Below are positions 21,031-30,995 of a stretch of DNA of 64,000 nt, in pieces; within the stretch, counting starts at the first letter, position 1, and the number at the start of each line of letters is the position of its first letter. The stretch comes from a virus, in IMG/VR virus record IMGVR_UViG_3300025872_000001. The stretch is one strand, 5' to 3'. The position numbers and the translations under genes were made by a program. The notes under the pieces were generated by a model that ran no database searches, was not told the DNA's origin, and saw only the letters and a list, made by a program, of their open reading frames with translations.

Positions 21031-22547
21031 TGCTTTATTCACTAGAAGTAGAGAAGCAGTTCCTAGCGGGGCTGATTCAGTATCCAGAGACTTACTCTGA
21101 AATTTGCGATTTCGTTTCGGAATCAGATTTTTATTCCGAAGATACAATCGTTCACAAAACGATTTATCATATTATTCGCAAATGTCTAGAGGGCAACGAG
21201 AAAGTCGATGAGATCATTATCGCCCAAAGAATCAAAGAGATCGGCATTTGTTTTAAGGACAATATCGATGTTTTTGATTATTTGAGGTCTTTAGCTATCA
21301 GAAAGACAAACAAGACTACAGCCATCTCTGCCGCCAAGGAGATTAAAAAGTATTCTATCAGGAGAGCCATTCATGAGTCTGCTCTTGAAGTAGCGGAGAA
21401 GATGAAGAAGATCGCTCCAGACTCTTCTTATCAAAAGATTGTCGAAGAAGCCGACACAACATTTAACAAGATTATAAATATTTATGAGAACAATGAAGAA
21501 AAACCAGTCAACATCTTTGAAGAGATGGAGGCTGTCATTGAAGAACGTGGCAACAATCCTATTACTGAATTTGGCTTCATGGGTCCATTCCCCACAGTTA
21601 ATAAGATTTATGGATCTCTTCTACGCCCCGGTAACATTACTGTTGTCGTTGCGCGTTCTGGTGTAGGCAAAACATTACTTGCTCTAAATTATACTACCAA
21701 AGTTTCGGCCCAGCACGATGTACCTGTTCTCCATTTTGATAACGGAGAAATGAGCAAGGAGGAGGTTATCATGCGTCAATGCGCTGCTCTCAGCCATGTT
21801 CCAATGCATTTGCTTGAAACTGGCCTTTGGCGTAAGGCTGGCGAAGATGTAGTTCAAAGGGTTCGCTCTACTTGGGATAAGATTAAGAAGCTTAAATTTT
21901 ATTATTATAATGTCGGCGGTATGACCACCGATCAGATGATCAATAATCTTAAGCGGTTTTATTATTCTAAGGTTGGTCGCGGCAATCCTCTTATCTTTAG
22001 CTTCGATTATATCAAGCCTTCTGCTGACGCTGATGGCAATAAGCCAGAATGGCAAGTGATTGGCGATATGTTGAATAAGTTTAAAAAGACTATTCAACGT
22101 GATATCGTACAGGATCAGAAGCCCATGATTACAATGTTTACTTCGATTCAATCTAATCGAAGCGGCATTACTACAAACCGCAATTCTGACGCCATCAATG
22201 ATGATGAGGGTATCGTATCAATGTCTGACCGTATTACGCATTATTGCTCTCATATGGCTATCTTGCGACCCAAGACAGCCGATGAAAGACAAGAGGAGGG
22301 ACCAAACTTCGGTTCTCATAAACTTATCTTCGTAAAAAATCGCTTCCTTGGTTCTGATGTTGCTGGTGCAGTCGAATTGGTTAGAATGCCAGATGGCACA
22401 CTTAAGAAGAACTTTATCAATCTTCAATTTGAAAATTTTGACATCAAAGAGCGCGGCGATCTTCGTGATATCGTAAATCAGGCGGATACTAACGCAACAA
22501 CCCTAGAAAATTCTGGTGAAGACGATAATGTCCCAAGTTTCAATTGA
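21030..22547 (+). CDS. dnaB: Replicative DNA helicase (DnaB family)
   Basis: N-terminal E...LAGL...DFY...H..IY; Walker A ARSGVGKT; EMS; FDYI; Q.NR; KNR. Confidence 0.92.
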   Translation: MLYSLEVEKQFLAGLIQYPETYSEICDFVSESDFYSEDTIVHKTIYHIIRKCLEGNEKVDEIIIAQRIKEIGICFKDNIDVFDYLRSLAIRKTNKTTAISAAKEIKKYSIRRAIHESALEVAEKMKKIAPDSSYQKIVEEADTTFNKIINIYENNEEKPVNIFEEMEAVIEERGNNPITEFGFMGPFPTVNKIYGSLLRPGNITVVVARSGVGKTLLALNYTTKVSAQHDVPVLHFDNGEMSKEEVIMRQCAALSHVPMHLLETGLWRKAGEDVVQRVRSTWDKIKKLKFYYYNVGGMTTDQMINNLKRFYYSKVGRGNPLIFSFDYIKPSADADGNKPEWQVIGDMLNKFKKTIQRDIVQDQKPMITMFTSIQSNRSGITTNRNSDAINDDEGIVSMSDRITHYCSHMAILRPKTADERQEEGPNFGSHKLIFVKNRFLGSDVAGAVELVRMPDGTLKKNFINLQFENFDIKERGDLRDIVNQADTNATTLENSGEDDNVPSFN

Positions 22548-23607
22548 TCCAGTAGTTCTAAAAAGCTCGCTTGAGTCTTTAGGTTATCAGCTTAAAGACT
22601 ATGGTAGCTATTGGAGAACAAGAGCTTTATATCGCGGTGGCGATAACTCTACTGCATTAAAAATCTATAAGAATACTGGAGTATGGACAGATTTTGCTGC
22701 TGGTAGTTCAAAAAGCTATCCGTTTCAAAGGCTTGTTGAATTAACCCTTGATACCAAAGATTCTTATGTCATAAATAAGTATGTAAAATTTGATCCTCAA
22801 AATATCATCCATGTACAAAACAAGGAGAAGATTGAGATGGAGAAAATTTACCCAGAGTCGATGCTAGAGAATCTATTGCCACATCTTGATTTTTATTCCA
22901 AAAAGATGATCAGCAAAGATACGTTGGATTTTTATAAATGCGGCTATGCCACATCTGGGCAACTGTTTAGAAGAATCGTATTTCCTATCTACAACCAATT
23001 TGGTCAGATTCACGGCTTTTCTGGTCGAGCCGTTTTCTGGGAAAAGGATTCCGAGTTTCCAAAATGGAAGCATATCGGCAAGAAAGCGGATTGGGTTTAT
23101 CCAGTTAATCTAAAGCGAAATGATGTTTGTGAAGTAAAGGATGAAATCGAAAAGCGGCGTTCTGTTATTATTGTAGAAAGCATTGGCGATAGCATGGCCT
23201 TGTTCGAACATGGATATAAAAATAATGTAGTTACTTTTGGCCTTGGCATTTCGTCCAAACTCTCTTCTGCTCTTATCGCACTCGACCCAGATAAAATCAT
23301 TATCGCATCTAATAATGATTCTGATGGAGAGACCAATCACGGTTTAATTTCTGCCTGTAAAACATTTCTTCAGCTTTCTTCAATTTTTGATTATTCAAAA
23401 TTACAGATTAAGCTGCCGCTAAAGAATGATTTCTTCGATATGCACCTTGCAACATTTGAAGGCGAAGATAAGATTTTTGAGGAATGGAATTCAAAGACCA
23501 TAAATATGGATACTCAAATCAAAAAGATCCATGAAGTTGCAGTTGCTAATAAATTTCCAGATAGCCTTATTAATAGGGCTGAAAAAATTCTGAATGACGC
23601 AGCCTGA
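22528..23607 (+). CDS. DNA primase (DnaG/Toprim)
   Basis: RIVFPI....G.I.GFSGR, KW.H, IIVES.GD..AL, and N.D in the Toprim region. Confidence 0.85.
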   Translation: MSQVSIDPVVLKSSLESLGYQLKDYGSYWRTRALYRGGDNSTALKIYKNTGVWTDFAAGSSKSYPFQRLVELTLDTKDSYVINKYVKFDPQNIIHVQNKEKIEMEKIYPESMLENLLPHLDFYSKKMISKDTLDFYKCGYATSGQLFRRIVFPIYNQFGQIHGFSGRAVFWEKDSEFPKWKHIGKKADWVYPVNLKRNDVCEVKDEIEKRRSVIIVESIGDSMALFEHGYKNNVVTFGLGISSKLSSALIALDPDKIIIASNNDSDGETNHGLISACKTFLQLSSIFDYSKLQIKLPLKNDFFDMHLATFEGEDKIFEEWNSKTINMDTQIKKIHEVAVANKFPDSLINRAEKILNDAA

Positions 23608-24631
23608 GATCAAACATGTTGCCTTGTCAGCTAGTCGAATCAAAACACTCGAAAAGTGTAGTTGGTCGTATTGGTGTAACTATGTTTTGAAACTGCCAGA
23701 GAAGTCTAATGATGGAGCGAGCAGAGGAAACGTAGTTCACCTTGTACTTGAGTGTCTCGCAAAGCAAAAGAGAAAGCCTTATGTCGATGCTATCCTAAAT
23801 GCTGGTGATATTTTTGCGATTAGATCTATTAAAAAACTCGCATTGAAGCACGCAAGAAAGCTTAAAGTTTCTGATCCAGATAATGTTGAACTCATTAGAG
23901 AAATGACATTGACCGCTCTAAAGTATGACTTTTGGGGCGATGCTGAAAAGTCTCCCACGCAAGACTTGCAAGAAAGAGACTTTGACATAACGGTAGATAA
24001 AAAAGATAAAAAATATCGAATCAAAGGGTTTATTGATCGTCAATTTATTTACGATGATGGCACTTCCGTAGTAAGAGACTACAAAACTAGCAAAGCTGTA
24101 TTTGCTGGTAAGGACGCAGAAGATAACATGCAGCATATGATTTATATTCTTGCGTCTAAGAAACTTGATCCAAAACACAAGGCTTCAATGGAGTTCTTGT
24201 TTCTTAAGTTTGATTTAAAGGACAAGACTAAGAATGGCGGCTTATTAAAGATGGAGCCTCCTAATAAAAATGAACTAAGCGAGTTTGAAAACCATTTAAC
24301 TGAGGTTCAAAAGGTTGTTGATAATTTTTCTGAACCCGATGCTTATTCTAATTTTGCAGCCGATAAGCCTATGCCGTCAGACGGCTCGTTTAGCGGCAAA
24401 TTAGCTTGTGGCTTTGCCAAATACAAAGGGCAATTAAAGAAGGACGGGAATCCGATGTGGCACTGCCCATACAAATTTGGATTTAATTATTATGCTTTGA
24501 GAGATAAGGATAATAAAATAATTAAAACTTTCCTAGAAGAAGACGTAGACGAAGCATTTAAAATTGCAAAGCAAGATGAGAAAGTGACCAAAGAAACTTA
24601 TCTTGGATGTCCAAAGCACTTGACATCCTAG
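23594..24631 (+). CDS. PD-(D/E)XK nuclease (RecB/AddB/Cas4-like)
   Basis: LSASRI....C, G..VH..LE, GFID, DYKT, Q...Y, C-terminal cysteines. Confidence 0.82.
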   Translation: MTQPEIKHVALSASRIKTLEKCSWSYWCNYVLKLPEKSNDGASRGNVVHLVLECLAKQKRKPYVDAILNAGDIFAIRSIKKLALKHARKLKVSDPDNVELIREMTLTALKYDFWGDAEKSPTQDLQERDFDITVDKKDKKYRIKGFIDRQFIYDDGTSVVRDYKTSKAVFAGKDAEDNMQHMIYILASKKLDPKHKASMEFLFLKFDLKDKTKNGGLLKMEPPNKNELSEFENHLTEVQKVVDNFSEPDAYSNFAADKPMPSDGSFSGKLACGFAKYKGQLKKDGNPMWHCPYKFGFNYYALRDKDNKIIKTFLEEDVDEAFKIAKQDEKVTKETYLGCPKHLTS

Positions 24632-24653
24632 ACAAAGATGGTAGGATAGTGGT

Positions 24654-25391
24654 ATGATCCCACTATTCAAGTCGCACTTCTCATTCGGCAGAAGCATCCT
24701 TACTCTGAATGAGCCCGAGAAGCAAAAGCAGGATGGTCCCGATAGCATCATCTCAATCGCCCTTGATAACGGACTAAAGGAAATTTACTTGGTTGAAGAT
24801 TCGTTGACTGGCTTCTTGACTGCGTTTAAGAACTGTCAAAAGCACAATATCCAGTTAAAGTTTGGACTACGGATTCGAGTTTGTAATAGCTACGAATCTG
24901 CTGATTCATCTACCCACAGGCTTATTTTGTTTGCTTTGAACGATTCTGGATTCAAAGACATTAATAAGATTTACACTTTTGCCAATACAGAAAAAGAATC
25001 AGTTATTTGTAATAGCGATTTAGTTGAACGATTGACGAGCAATATTTTAATCGCTGTTCCATTTTATGACTCGTACATCTGGAAAAACAGATATACGTTT
25101 TCAAATTGTATGCCTGACTTTCTTGATAAGAAAGAAGTTATCTATTTTATAGAAAATAATAAATTGCCATTTGACAAGATTACGGCTGACTTTATTCGCT
25201 CTAGCCATAAAGATAAAACTATAGAATCTAAAACAATTTATTATAAAAATAGAGAAGACTTTCCAGCTTGGGTTACTTATAAAATAGCTTGCAACAGAAA
25301 CATGGGCAAGAATCAAAGTTTGTCTGCGCCAGAACTTGGCGGCTGCGGAAGCAAAGAATTCTCTTTTCAGTCTTGGAAGGAGGCGTCATGA
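24654..25391 (+). CDS. Stand-alone PHP domain of DNA polymerase III alpha
   Basis: KSHFS.G.SIL, L.ED, F....K..I.LKFG, LILFA.N..GF..I.K. Confidence 0.82.
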   Translation: MIPLFKSHFSFGRSILTLNEPEKQKQDGPDSIISIALDNGLKEIYLVEDSLTGFLTAFKNCQKHNIQLKFGLRIRVCNSYESADSSTHRLILFALNDSGFKDINKIYTFANTEKESVICNSDLVERLTSNILIAVPFYDSYIWKNRYTFSNCMPDFLDKKEVIYFIENNKLPFDKITADFIRSSHKDKTIESKTIYYKNREDFPAWVTYKIACNRNMGKNQSLSAPELGGCGSKEFSFQSWKEAS

Positions 25392-26014
25392 ATAATCTTT
25401 TAAAACAAAAAATTAATCAGAAGTTCGTAGTATTTGATACGGAAACAGAAGGTTTGTCTTTAACTGATTCTCGTCCTTGGCAGCTATCTTGGATCGTCTG
25501 CAAGGGAGAAGAAATTCTAGAAGAGCATGACGAATTTGTATTCTACGATGATCTTAATGTGTCCGAAGAAGCGGCTAGGATAACAGGATTCAATAAAGAA
25601 AAGTACATTTCCAAGGCGAAGCCTCCAATGGAGGTATGGAAGAAGTTTGCTAATTATCTTTACGATAACAATAATATTCTTGTTGGTCAGAATGTTCTTG
25701 GTTATGATATTTATATTTTAAATACGATGATGCGTGGCATAGGCATTCAAAATGATTGGAGTTTTGTCAATAGAATGCTTGACACCAAAGCTTTAGCTAC
25801 GGCATTGTTCAAGGACATAAAGCCATCTGGAGACTTGCTCTCTTGGCAAATGAAACTCATGAATCACAGAGAGAAAGGCTTAAAAACAAGTCAGGGCTTT
25901 TTGCTCAAACAGTTTGGAATTGACCATGATCCATCAAAGCTGCACGATGCTTTGTACGATATTCAGATGAACTATAAAATTTTCCGTAAGCTAATTATGC
26001 AGGTTGACGTATGA
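25388..26014 (+). CDS. DEDDh 3'-5' exonuclease (DnaQ/epsilon-like)
   Basis: FDTETEG, GQN..GYD, LDT, HDALYD. The start at ATG 25388 overlaps the PHP stop. Confidence 0.88.
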   Translation: MNNLLKQKINQKFVVFDTETEGLSLTDSRPWQLSWIVCKGEEILEEHDEFVFYDDLNVSEEAARITGFNKEKYISKAKPPMEVWKKFANYLYDNNNILVGQNVLGYDIYILNTMMRGIGIQNDWSFVNRMLDTKALATALFKDIKPSGDLLSWQMKLMNHREKGLKTSQGFLLKQFGIDHDPSKLHDALYDIQMNYKIFRKLIMQVDV

Positions 26015-28575
26015 ATAATCTATTAAACTCTTTTCAAAAATATCAGCATCCTGTTCCTCCTGGTGTTCGCCTTCCAGAGATTAAAATTGATGCCAGATAT
26101 TATGAGCAACTTGGTATCGACCCTTCGGTTTCAAATGTAGAATTCTTGCGTCAGCTTTGCTTAAGGGCGGTCAGAACAAAAGGCATAGATAAATTATCTA
26201 ATAAAAAAGACTATTATGAAAGAGCAAAATACGAATTGGCAATCTTTGAAGAACTTGGTTTCGTTGATTACGTTCTGCTTAACTGGGACATTCTTAATTA
26301 CGCTCATGAGCACAATATTCCTACTGGCTATGGTCGTGGTTCTGCGGCTGGCTCTCTCATTCTTTTTCTGATTGGTGTTACAAATGTAGATCCCATTAAG
26401 AATGGATTGTTCTTTGAGCGATTCGTTTCAAAGAGTCGCGCTAAGAAAATTGTAGTGGATGGGATTACCTATCTTGACGGATCGTTGATGCCTGACGTTG
26501 ACAATGACATTGAGTTTTCAAAGCGTCAGGATGTTATTAATTATATTAAAACAAAGTACGCAGGTAAGACTTGTAAGATTCTTACCATGAATACTCTTAC
26601 TGGCAAACTCTGTATTAAAGAGTGTGGCAAAATTGTAGGAGAGATGTCAGAGGACGAAGTTAATGCCGTCAGCGATATTATCCCAAAGCAATTCGGTAAG
26701 GTATTTGCTTTAAAGGATGCTTACGAAGAAAGTGAGCAATTCAAAGCATTCTGCGACAAGAACCCAAAGATTTACAAGATCGCCAAAAAGATAGAAGGAC
26801 TAAACAAGAATACTGGCGTTCACCCATCTGGCATTTCAATCTCATATTACAATAATGAAGATATCATGCCTTTGCAAAAGACAGGTGATGGTGAAATCGT
26901 TTCGGCTTATGACATGAATAACGTGTCAGAAATTACTGTCAAATTCGACATCCTTGGGCTTAGAACTTTGACTGTTGTTTACGATACTTGCCAGAGACTC
27001 GGTTTAGATTTTAAGAATCTTGATTTCGATAATTTGTCTACATATAAATTCTTACAAGATCTATCTAATCCCAAGGGTCTATTTCAAATTGAAGCCAATA
27101 CTAATTTCCACGTTTGCAAAAAAGTAAAGCCAAGAAACATGCTTGAGTTGGCATGTGTGCTTTCGCTTGCACGCCCTGGTGCTTTGGACTTCCTAGATCA
27201 ATACGCAAGATATATCGCTACTGGCCAGTTCCAATCAGTGCATCCTTTCTTTGACGATATTCTTGGTATTACTGGAGGTATTCCAATCTTCCAAGAGCAG
27301 TTAATGAAGATGATCGTTAAGGTTGGCTTTACTCTTGATGAAGCTGAAACTGTGCGCCGTATCGTAGGTAAAAAGAAAGTTAGTGAAATGCCAGCTTGGC
27401 AGCAGAAGATTAGAGAAAAGGTTGCGTCCAATAATCTAGAACCAGCAATTGCTGATGTTCTTTGGAAGGTCGCAGAAGATAGCGCGAACTATTCTTTTAA
27501 TGCTTCTCATGCTGTATCTTATGCTACTCTTTCTGCCTTAACTACTTATCTTAAGTTTAATCATCCAAAGGAATTCTTTCTTGCTTTGCTTAGATCTTCA
27601 AAGCATGAGCCAAATCCACATGAAGAAATTGAAGCAATCTCACAAGAGCTTTCGTTCTTCAATATCAGGCTTTTGCCACCAGATCTTTCTAAGTCAAAAG
27701 CCGACTTCGAAATCGAAGGTGATAATATTCGATTTGGTTTAAATGCCATCAAAGGAGTGTCTGATAAAGTACTAACTCATTTGCTTGAGTTTAGACAAGA
27801 AGAATTCGCCAATAAGATCGATTGTTTTGATGGGGCTAAAGAGGCTGGCGTCAACATTGGCGTCTTATCATCTTTGATTCAAGCAGGTACTCTTTCTAGT
27901 TTCAGTGAAAAACGCTGTCGCCTAGTTCTTGAGGCTCAGACCTATAATGTCTTAACAGATAGAGAAAAGCGTAATGTTAAACTTGTCTCTCCAAAGTATG
28001 ACCATGATGTATTAAATACTATTGCTGATTTAGTTAAAAATAAATCTGTTGGAGATGATGGCAAACCATTTATGAAAGAAAGTCGCTTTGAAACATTTAA
28101 AAATAAGTATGAGCCATATAAAAAGATCTATGATATGAATAAAAAATACGAGAAGTTTGCTAATTGGTTTTTTGAAAAGCGCCTTCTCGGTTATAGTTAT
28201 ACTCACAAATTAAAAGAAGTTTTTAATGATGGTGAGGATAGACTTCACAATACTTATGAGGCTTCTCAAGTTGATTTGCGCCAGAATGTAAAAATGGTTG
28301 GAATAGTTAAAGAGGCTCGTAAAAAGGTCAGCCGCGCTGGTCGTCCATATTTATTAGTTAAAATTTCTGACGAGTATGGCCAAATGACTTGTCGCTTGAC
28401 GGATGGAGGCAGAGACGATAAGTTTACCCAGTATTACGAAGGTGGAGGCAAGACTCCTAAAGAAGATGACATTGTGGTTATCTATGGCTCAAAGGCCGAT
28501 GATTCAATCTTCTTAAATGGCTTGACAATCCTCACAGAAAAGATATACACAAAGCTATCGCAGATTGAAACTTAA
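26011..28575 (+). CDS. dnaE: DNA polymerase III alpha catalytic core (lacks PHP)
   Basis: GRGSAAGSL, FERF, PDVDND, HPSG, KFDILGL, FQIE, RPG, QEQ.M, YSFN.SH, and a C-terminal OB fold. Confidence 0.95.
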   Translation: MNNLLNSFQKYQHPVPPGVRLPEIKIDARYYEQLGIDPSVSNVEFLRQLCLRAVRTKGIDKLSNKKDYYERAKYELAIFEELGFVDYVLLNWDILNYAHEHNIPTGYGRGSAAGSLILFLIGVTNVDPIKNGLFFERFVSKSRAKKIVVDGITYLDGSLMPDVDNDIEFSKRQDVINYIKTKYAGKTCKILTMNTLTGKLCIKECGKIVGEMSEDEVNAVSDIIPKQFGKVFALKDAYEESEQFKAFCDKNPKIYKIAKKIEGLNKNTGVHPSGISISYYNNEDIMPLQKTGDGEIVSAYDMNNVSEITVKFDILGLRTLTVVYDTCQRLGLDFKNLDFDNLSTYKFLQDLSNPKGLFQIEANTNFHVCKKVKPRNMLELACVLSLARPGALDFLDQYARYIATGQFQSVHPFFDDILGITGGIPIFQEQLMKMIVKVGFTLDEAETVRRIVGKKKVSEMPAWQQKIREKVASNNLEPAIADVLWKVAEDSANYSFNASHAVSYATLSALTTYLKFNHPKEFFLALLRSSKHEPNPHEEIEAISQELSFFNIRLLPPDLSKSKADFEIEGDNIRFGLNAIKGVSDKVLTHLLEFRQEEFANKIDCFDGAKEAGVNIGVLSSLIQAGTLSSFSEKRCRLVLEAQTYNVLTDREKRNVKLVSPKYDHDVLNTIADLVKNKSVGDDGKPFMKESRFETFKNKYEPYKKIYDMNKKYEKFANWFFEKRLLGYSYTHKLKEVFNDGEDRLHNTYEASQVDLRQNVKMVGIVKEARKKVSRAGRPYLLVKISDEYGQMTCRLTDGGRDDKFTQYYEGGGKTPKEDDIVVIYGSKADDSIFLNGLTILTEKIYTKLSQIET

Positions 28576-28583
28576 GTGTAAAA

Positions 28584-30995
28584 ATGAATACAGTGCAAGA
28601 CATCAACTTTACTCCTAAAGTAAGAAGAGCTTTAGATGTTGCTAAACAGCGCTGTGCTGAAAATAATCAGCCAGAGATAACTGATGAATTTTTATTACAT
28701 GCGGTCTTATTCTCGGAGTCAATGATTGTAAATCTTGTTTTTCAATCTATCTCCGTTGAAATCAAAGATGTAATTTTAACACTGTCCAAAACACTTCCTT
28801 CAAATAGGAAAAAGATAGCTCTTAGTTCAATTAAATATAGCCCAAATGTAGTTAAGATAATCAATGAGTCTTATACAATCTCACAGAGCTTTAAGCAAAA
28901 TTATACTGGCATAGAACATATCTTTTTGTCTCTGCTTCGTAATTCGGAGGCGGTCAGAAAATTCTTTAAAAAGAATGGTGTTGATGTAGGCTTCATTTCC
29001 GAAAAGGTTGAGAAAGAATGCAAAATGCTTTCTAATCCAGTAAAGAAGCCTATACAACAAAGGGGCCAGTCTCAGCAGAGTAATGCTATATCTGCATTTT
29101 GTTCAGACTATAATCAAATGGCTACCGATGGAAATTTTGACAATATTTTCTTTAGAGAAAAAGAAGTTGCTAAAATGTCCGAAGTGCTTTGCAGGAAGCA
29201 GAAGAAGAATGTAATTTTAATTGGAGAACCTGGCGTTGGTAAGAGCGCGGTGGTAGGATTATTGGCTAAAAAGATTGTCTCTTGTGAATGTACAGAGTTT
29301 CTTTTAAATAAAAAGATTATATCTCTTAATCTTTCTGCTCTTATCGCTGGAACGAAACTTCGCGGCGAATTTGAGGAGCGTCTAGTTAAGACGATGGATG
29401 AAATCAAGAACATGGGTAATGTTATTGTCTTCATTGATGAAGTTCATAATGTTATCGGCATGGGTAACGATGCTGGTTCTATGGATGCTGCTAATATTTT
29501 AAAACAGTATCTTACTGCCGACGAGATGGGGTTTATCGCTGCCACAACACAGACTGAATACGAAAAGTACTTTGTTAAAGATGGGGCAATGAACCGGCGC
29601 TTTGAACCGATTTTTGTTTGTGAGCCTTCAAAAGAGGAAACATTTAAAATTTTAAAGTCCTTAAAAGGATTCTATGAAAAGTTTCATATGATCCATTATA
29701 GTGATAATGTTATTACTGATATAGTTAATTTATGCGAGAAGTATATTCCTTCTCGCAGATTCCCAGATAAAGCTATCGATTTGATGGATCAGGTAGGATC
29801 AAAGGTGAAGATCAAGTCGTTTTCCCGTCCACAAGAAATCAAAGACGTTGAAAAACTTATCGTTGAATTTGAAAAGCTTGCTCCAGACGATGTAAAAGAA
29901 AATCACCTTACTGATATTATCAAAGACTATGAAGTTAAGTATGATGATTGGGTAGAATCAATAAAAGGCAGAATCTTTAAAGTTAAGACTAAAGATGTTT
30001 ATGAGGCGCTGTCAGATAAGATTGGTAAGTTCATAGACAATAAATCAAACAACGATGGAATTAAAAATATTCTATCTAATCTAAAGAAGCATGTTTTTGG
30101 TCAGGACGAAGCCCTCAAAAAGATTTCTGACTGTGTTCTTAGAAGTTCTTTTGGCTTGGCAAAGTCAACTAAGCCACTCGGCAACTTCATGTTTATCGGC
30201 CCAACAGGATCTGGTAAGACACACTTAGCTAGAACATTAGCGAAGCAGGGTTTTGGAGACGAAGCTAATCTTTGTGTTATTGATATGTCAGAGTTCATGG
30301 AGCAGCATTCAGTTTCCAAACTGATCGGTTCACCTCCAGGTTATGTCGGTCATGGAGAAGCAAGTATCTTATGGTCTCATTTGGACAAGCATCCTTCTTC
30401 GGTATTTCTTTTTGATGAAATCGAAAAGGCTCATCCAGATGTAGTTAATGTTCTTTTGCAGATTATGGATAGCGGTCAACTCACTGACTCTATGGGCAGA
30501 AAGATGAGCTTTAAGAACTCTATTATTATCATGACTGGCAATGTTGGATTCCAAATCAATGATAATAAAAAGATTGGATTTGGTGCGGCATCTAACCAAA
30601 AGCCAAGTAAAGACTCAGTTCTTGAGAATTTAAAAAGATTTTTTAGGCCAGAATTTCTAGCTAGACTTAATGATATCGTCATTTTTGACGAATTAAAGCA
30701 TGAGTCTTTGGTTAAAATTGCTGAAACGGAACTTAATCAAATTAAAGAATCATTGAAGCAGAATGAAACATCTATTTCATTTTCAAATGAACTTATTGAC
30801 TTTATTATTAATAATACGAAAGATAGCAATACTGGAGCCAGAAAGATTATCTTCTTTATAGAAAATGAATTAAAAACTAAGATAGTGGACATTCTTTCCA
30901 TCAATAATTATAATCAAATTAGAGTTTCTATTAAAAATAACGAAATTCATATAGATGGAAAAACAAAGAAATCATTTGCAGTTTGCAAAAACTGA
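28584..30995 (+). CDS. ClpA/ClpC-type AAA+ ATPase (true start possibly GTG 28593)
   Basis: Clp N repeats, GEPGVGKS, FIDEVH, RRFPDKAIDLMD, GPTGSGKT, SKLIGSPPGYVG, FDEIEKAH, and an IGF loop. Confidence 0.92.
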   Translation: MNTVQDINFTPKVRRALDVAKQRCAENNQPEITDEFLLHAVLFSESMIVNLVFQSISVEIKDVILTLSKTLPSNRKKIALSSIKYSPNVVKIINESYTISQSFKQNYTGIEHIFLSLLRNSEAVRKFFKKNGVDVGFISEKVEKECKMLSNPVKKPIQQRGQSQQSNAISAFCSDYNQMATDGNFDNIFFREKEVAKMSEVLCRKQKKNVILIGEPGVGKSAVVGLLAKKIVSCECTEFLLNKKIISLNLSALIAGTKLRGEFEERLVKTMDEIKNMGNVIVFIDEVHNVIGMGNDAGSMDAANILKQYLTADEMGFIAATTQTEYEKYFVKDGAMNRRFEPIFVCEPSKEETFKILKSLKGFYEKFHMIHYSDNVITDIVNLCEKYIPSRRFPDKAIDLMDQVGSKVKIKSFSRPQEIKDVEKLIVEFEKLAPDDVKENHLTDIIKDYEVKYDDWVESIKGRIFKVKTKDVYEALSDKIGKFIDNKSNNDGIKNILSNLKKHVFGQDEALKKISDCVLRSSFGLAKSTKPLGNFMFIGPTGSGKTHLARTLAKQGFGDEANLCVIDMSEFMEQHSVSKLIGSPPGYVGHGEASILWSHLDKHPSSVFLFDEIEKAHPDVVNVLLQIMDSGQLTDSMGRKMSFKNSIIIMTGNVGFQINDNKKIGFGAASNQKPSKDSVLENLKRFFRPEFLARLNDIVIFDELKHESLVKIAETELNQIKESLKQNETSISFSNELIDFIINNTKDSNTGARKIIFFIENELKTKIVDILSINNYNQIRVSIKNNEIHIDGKTKKSFAVCKN

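Noticed and set aside
23594-24631. Cas4-like nuclease as evidence of CRISPR-Cas
   Set aside because: No array or other cas genes are present; such nucleases are common in phage replication modules.
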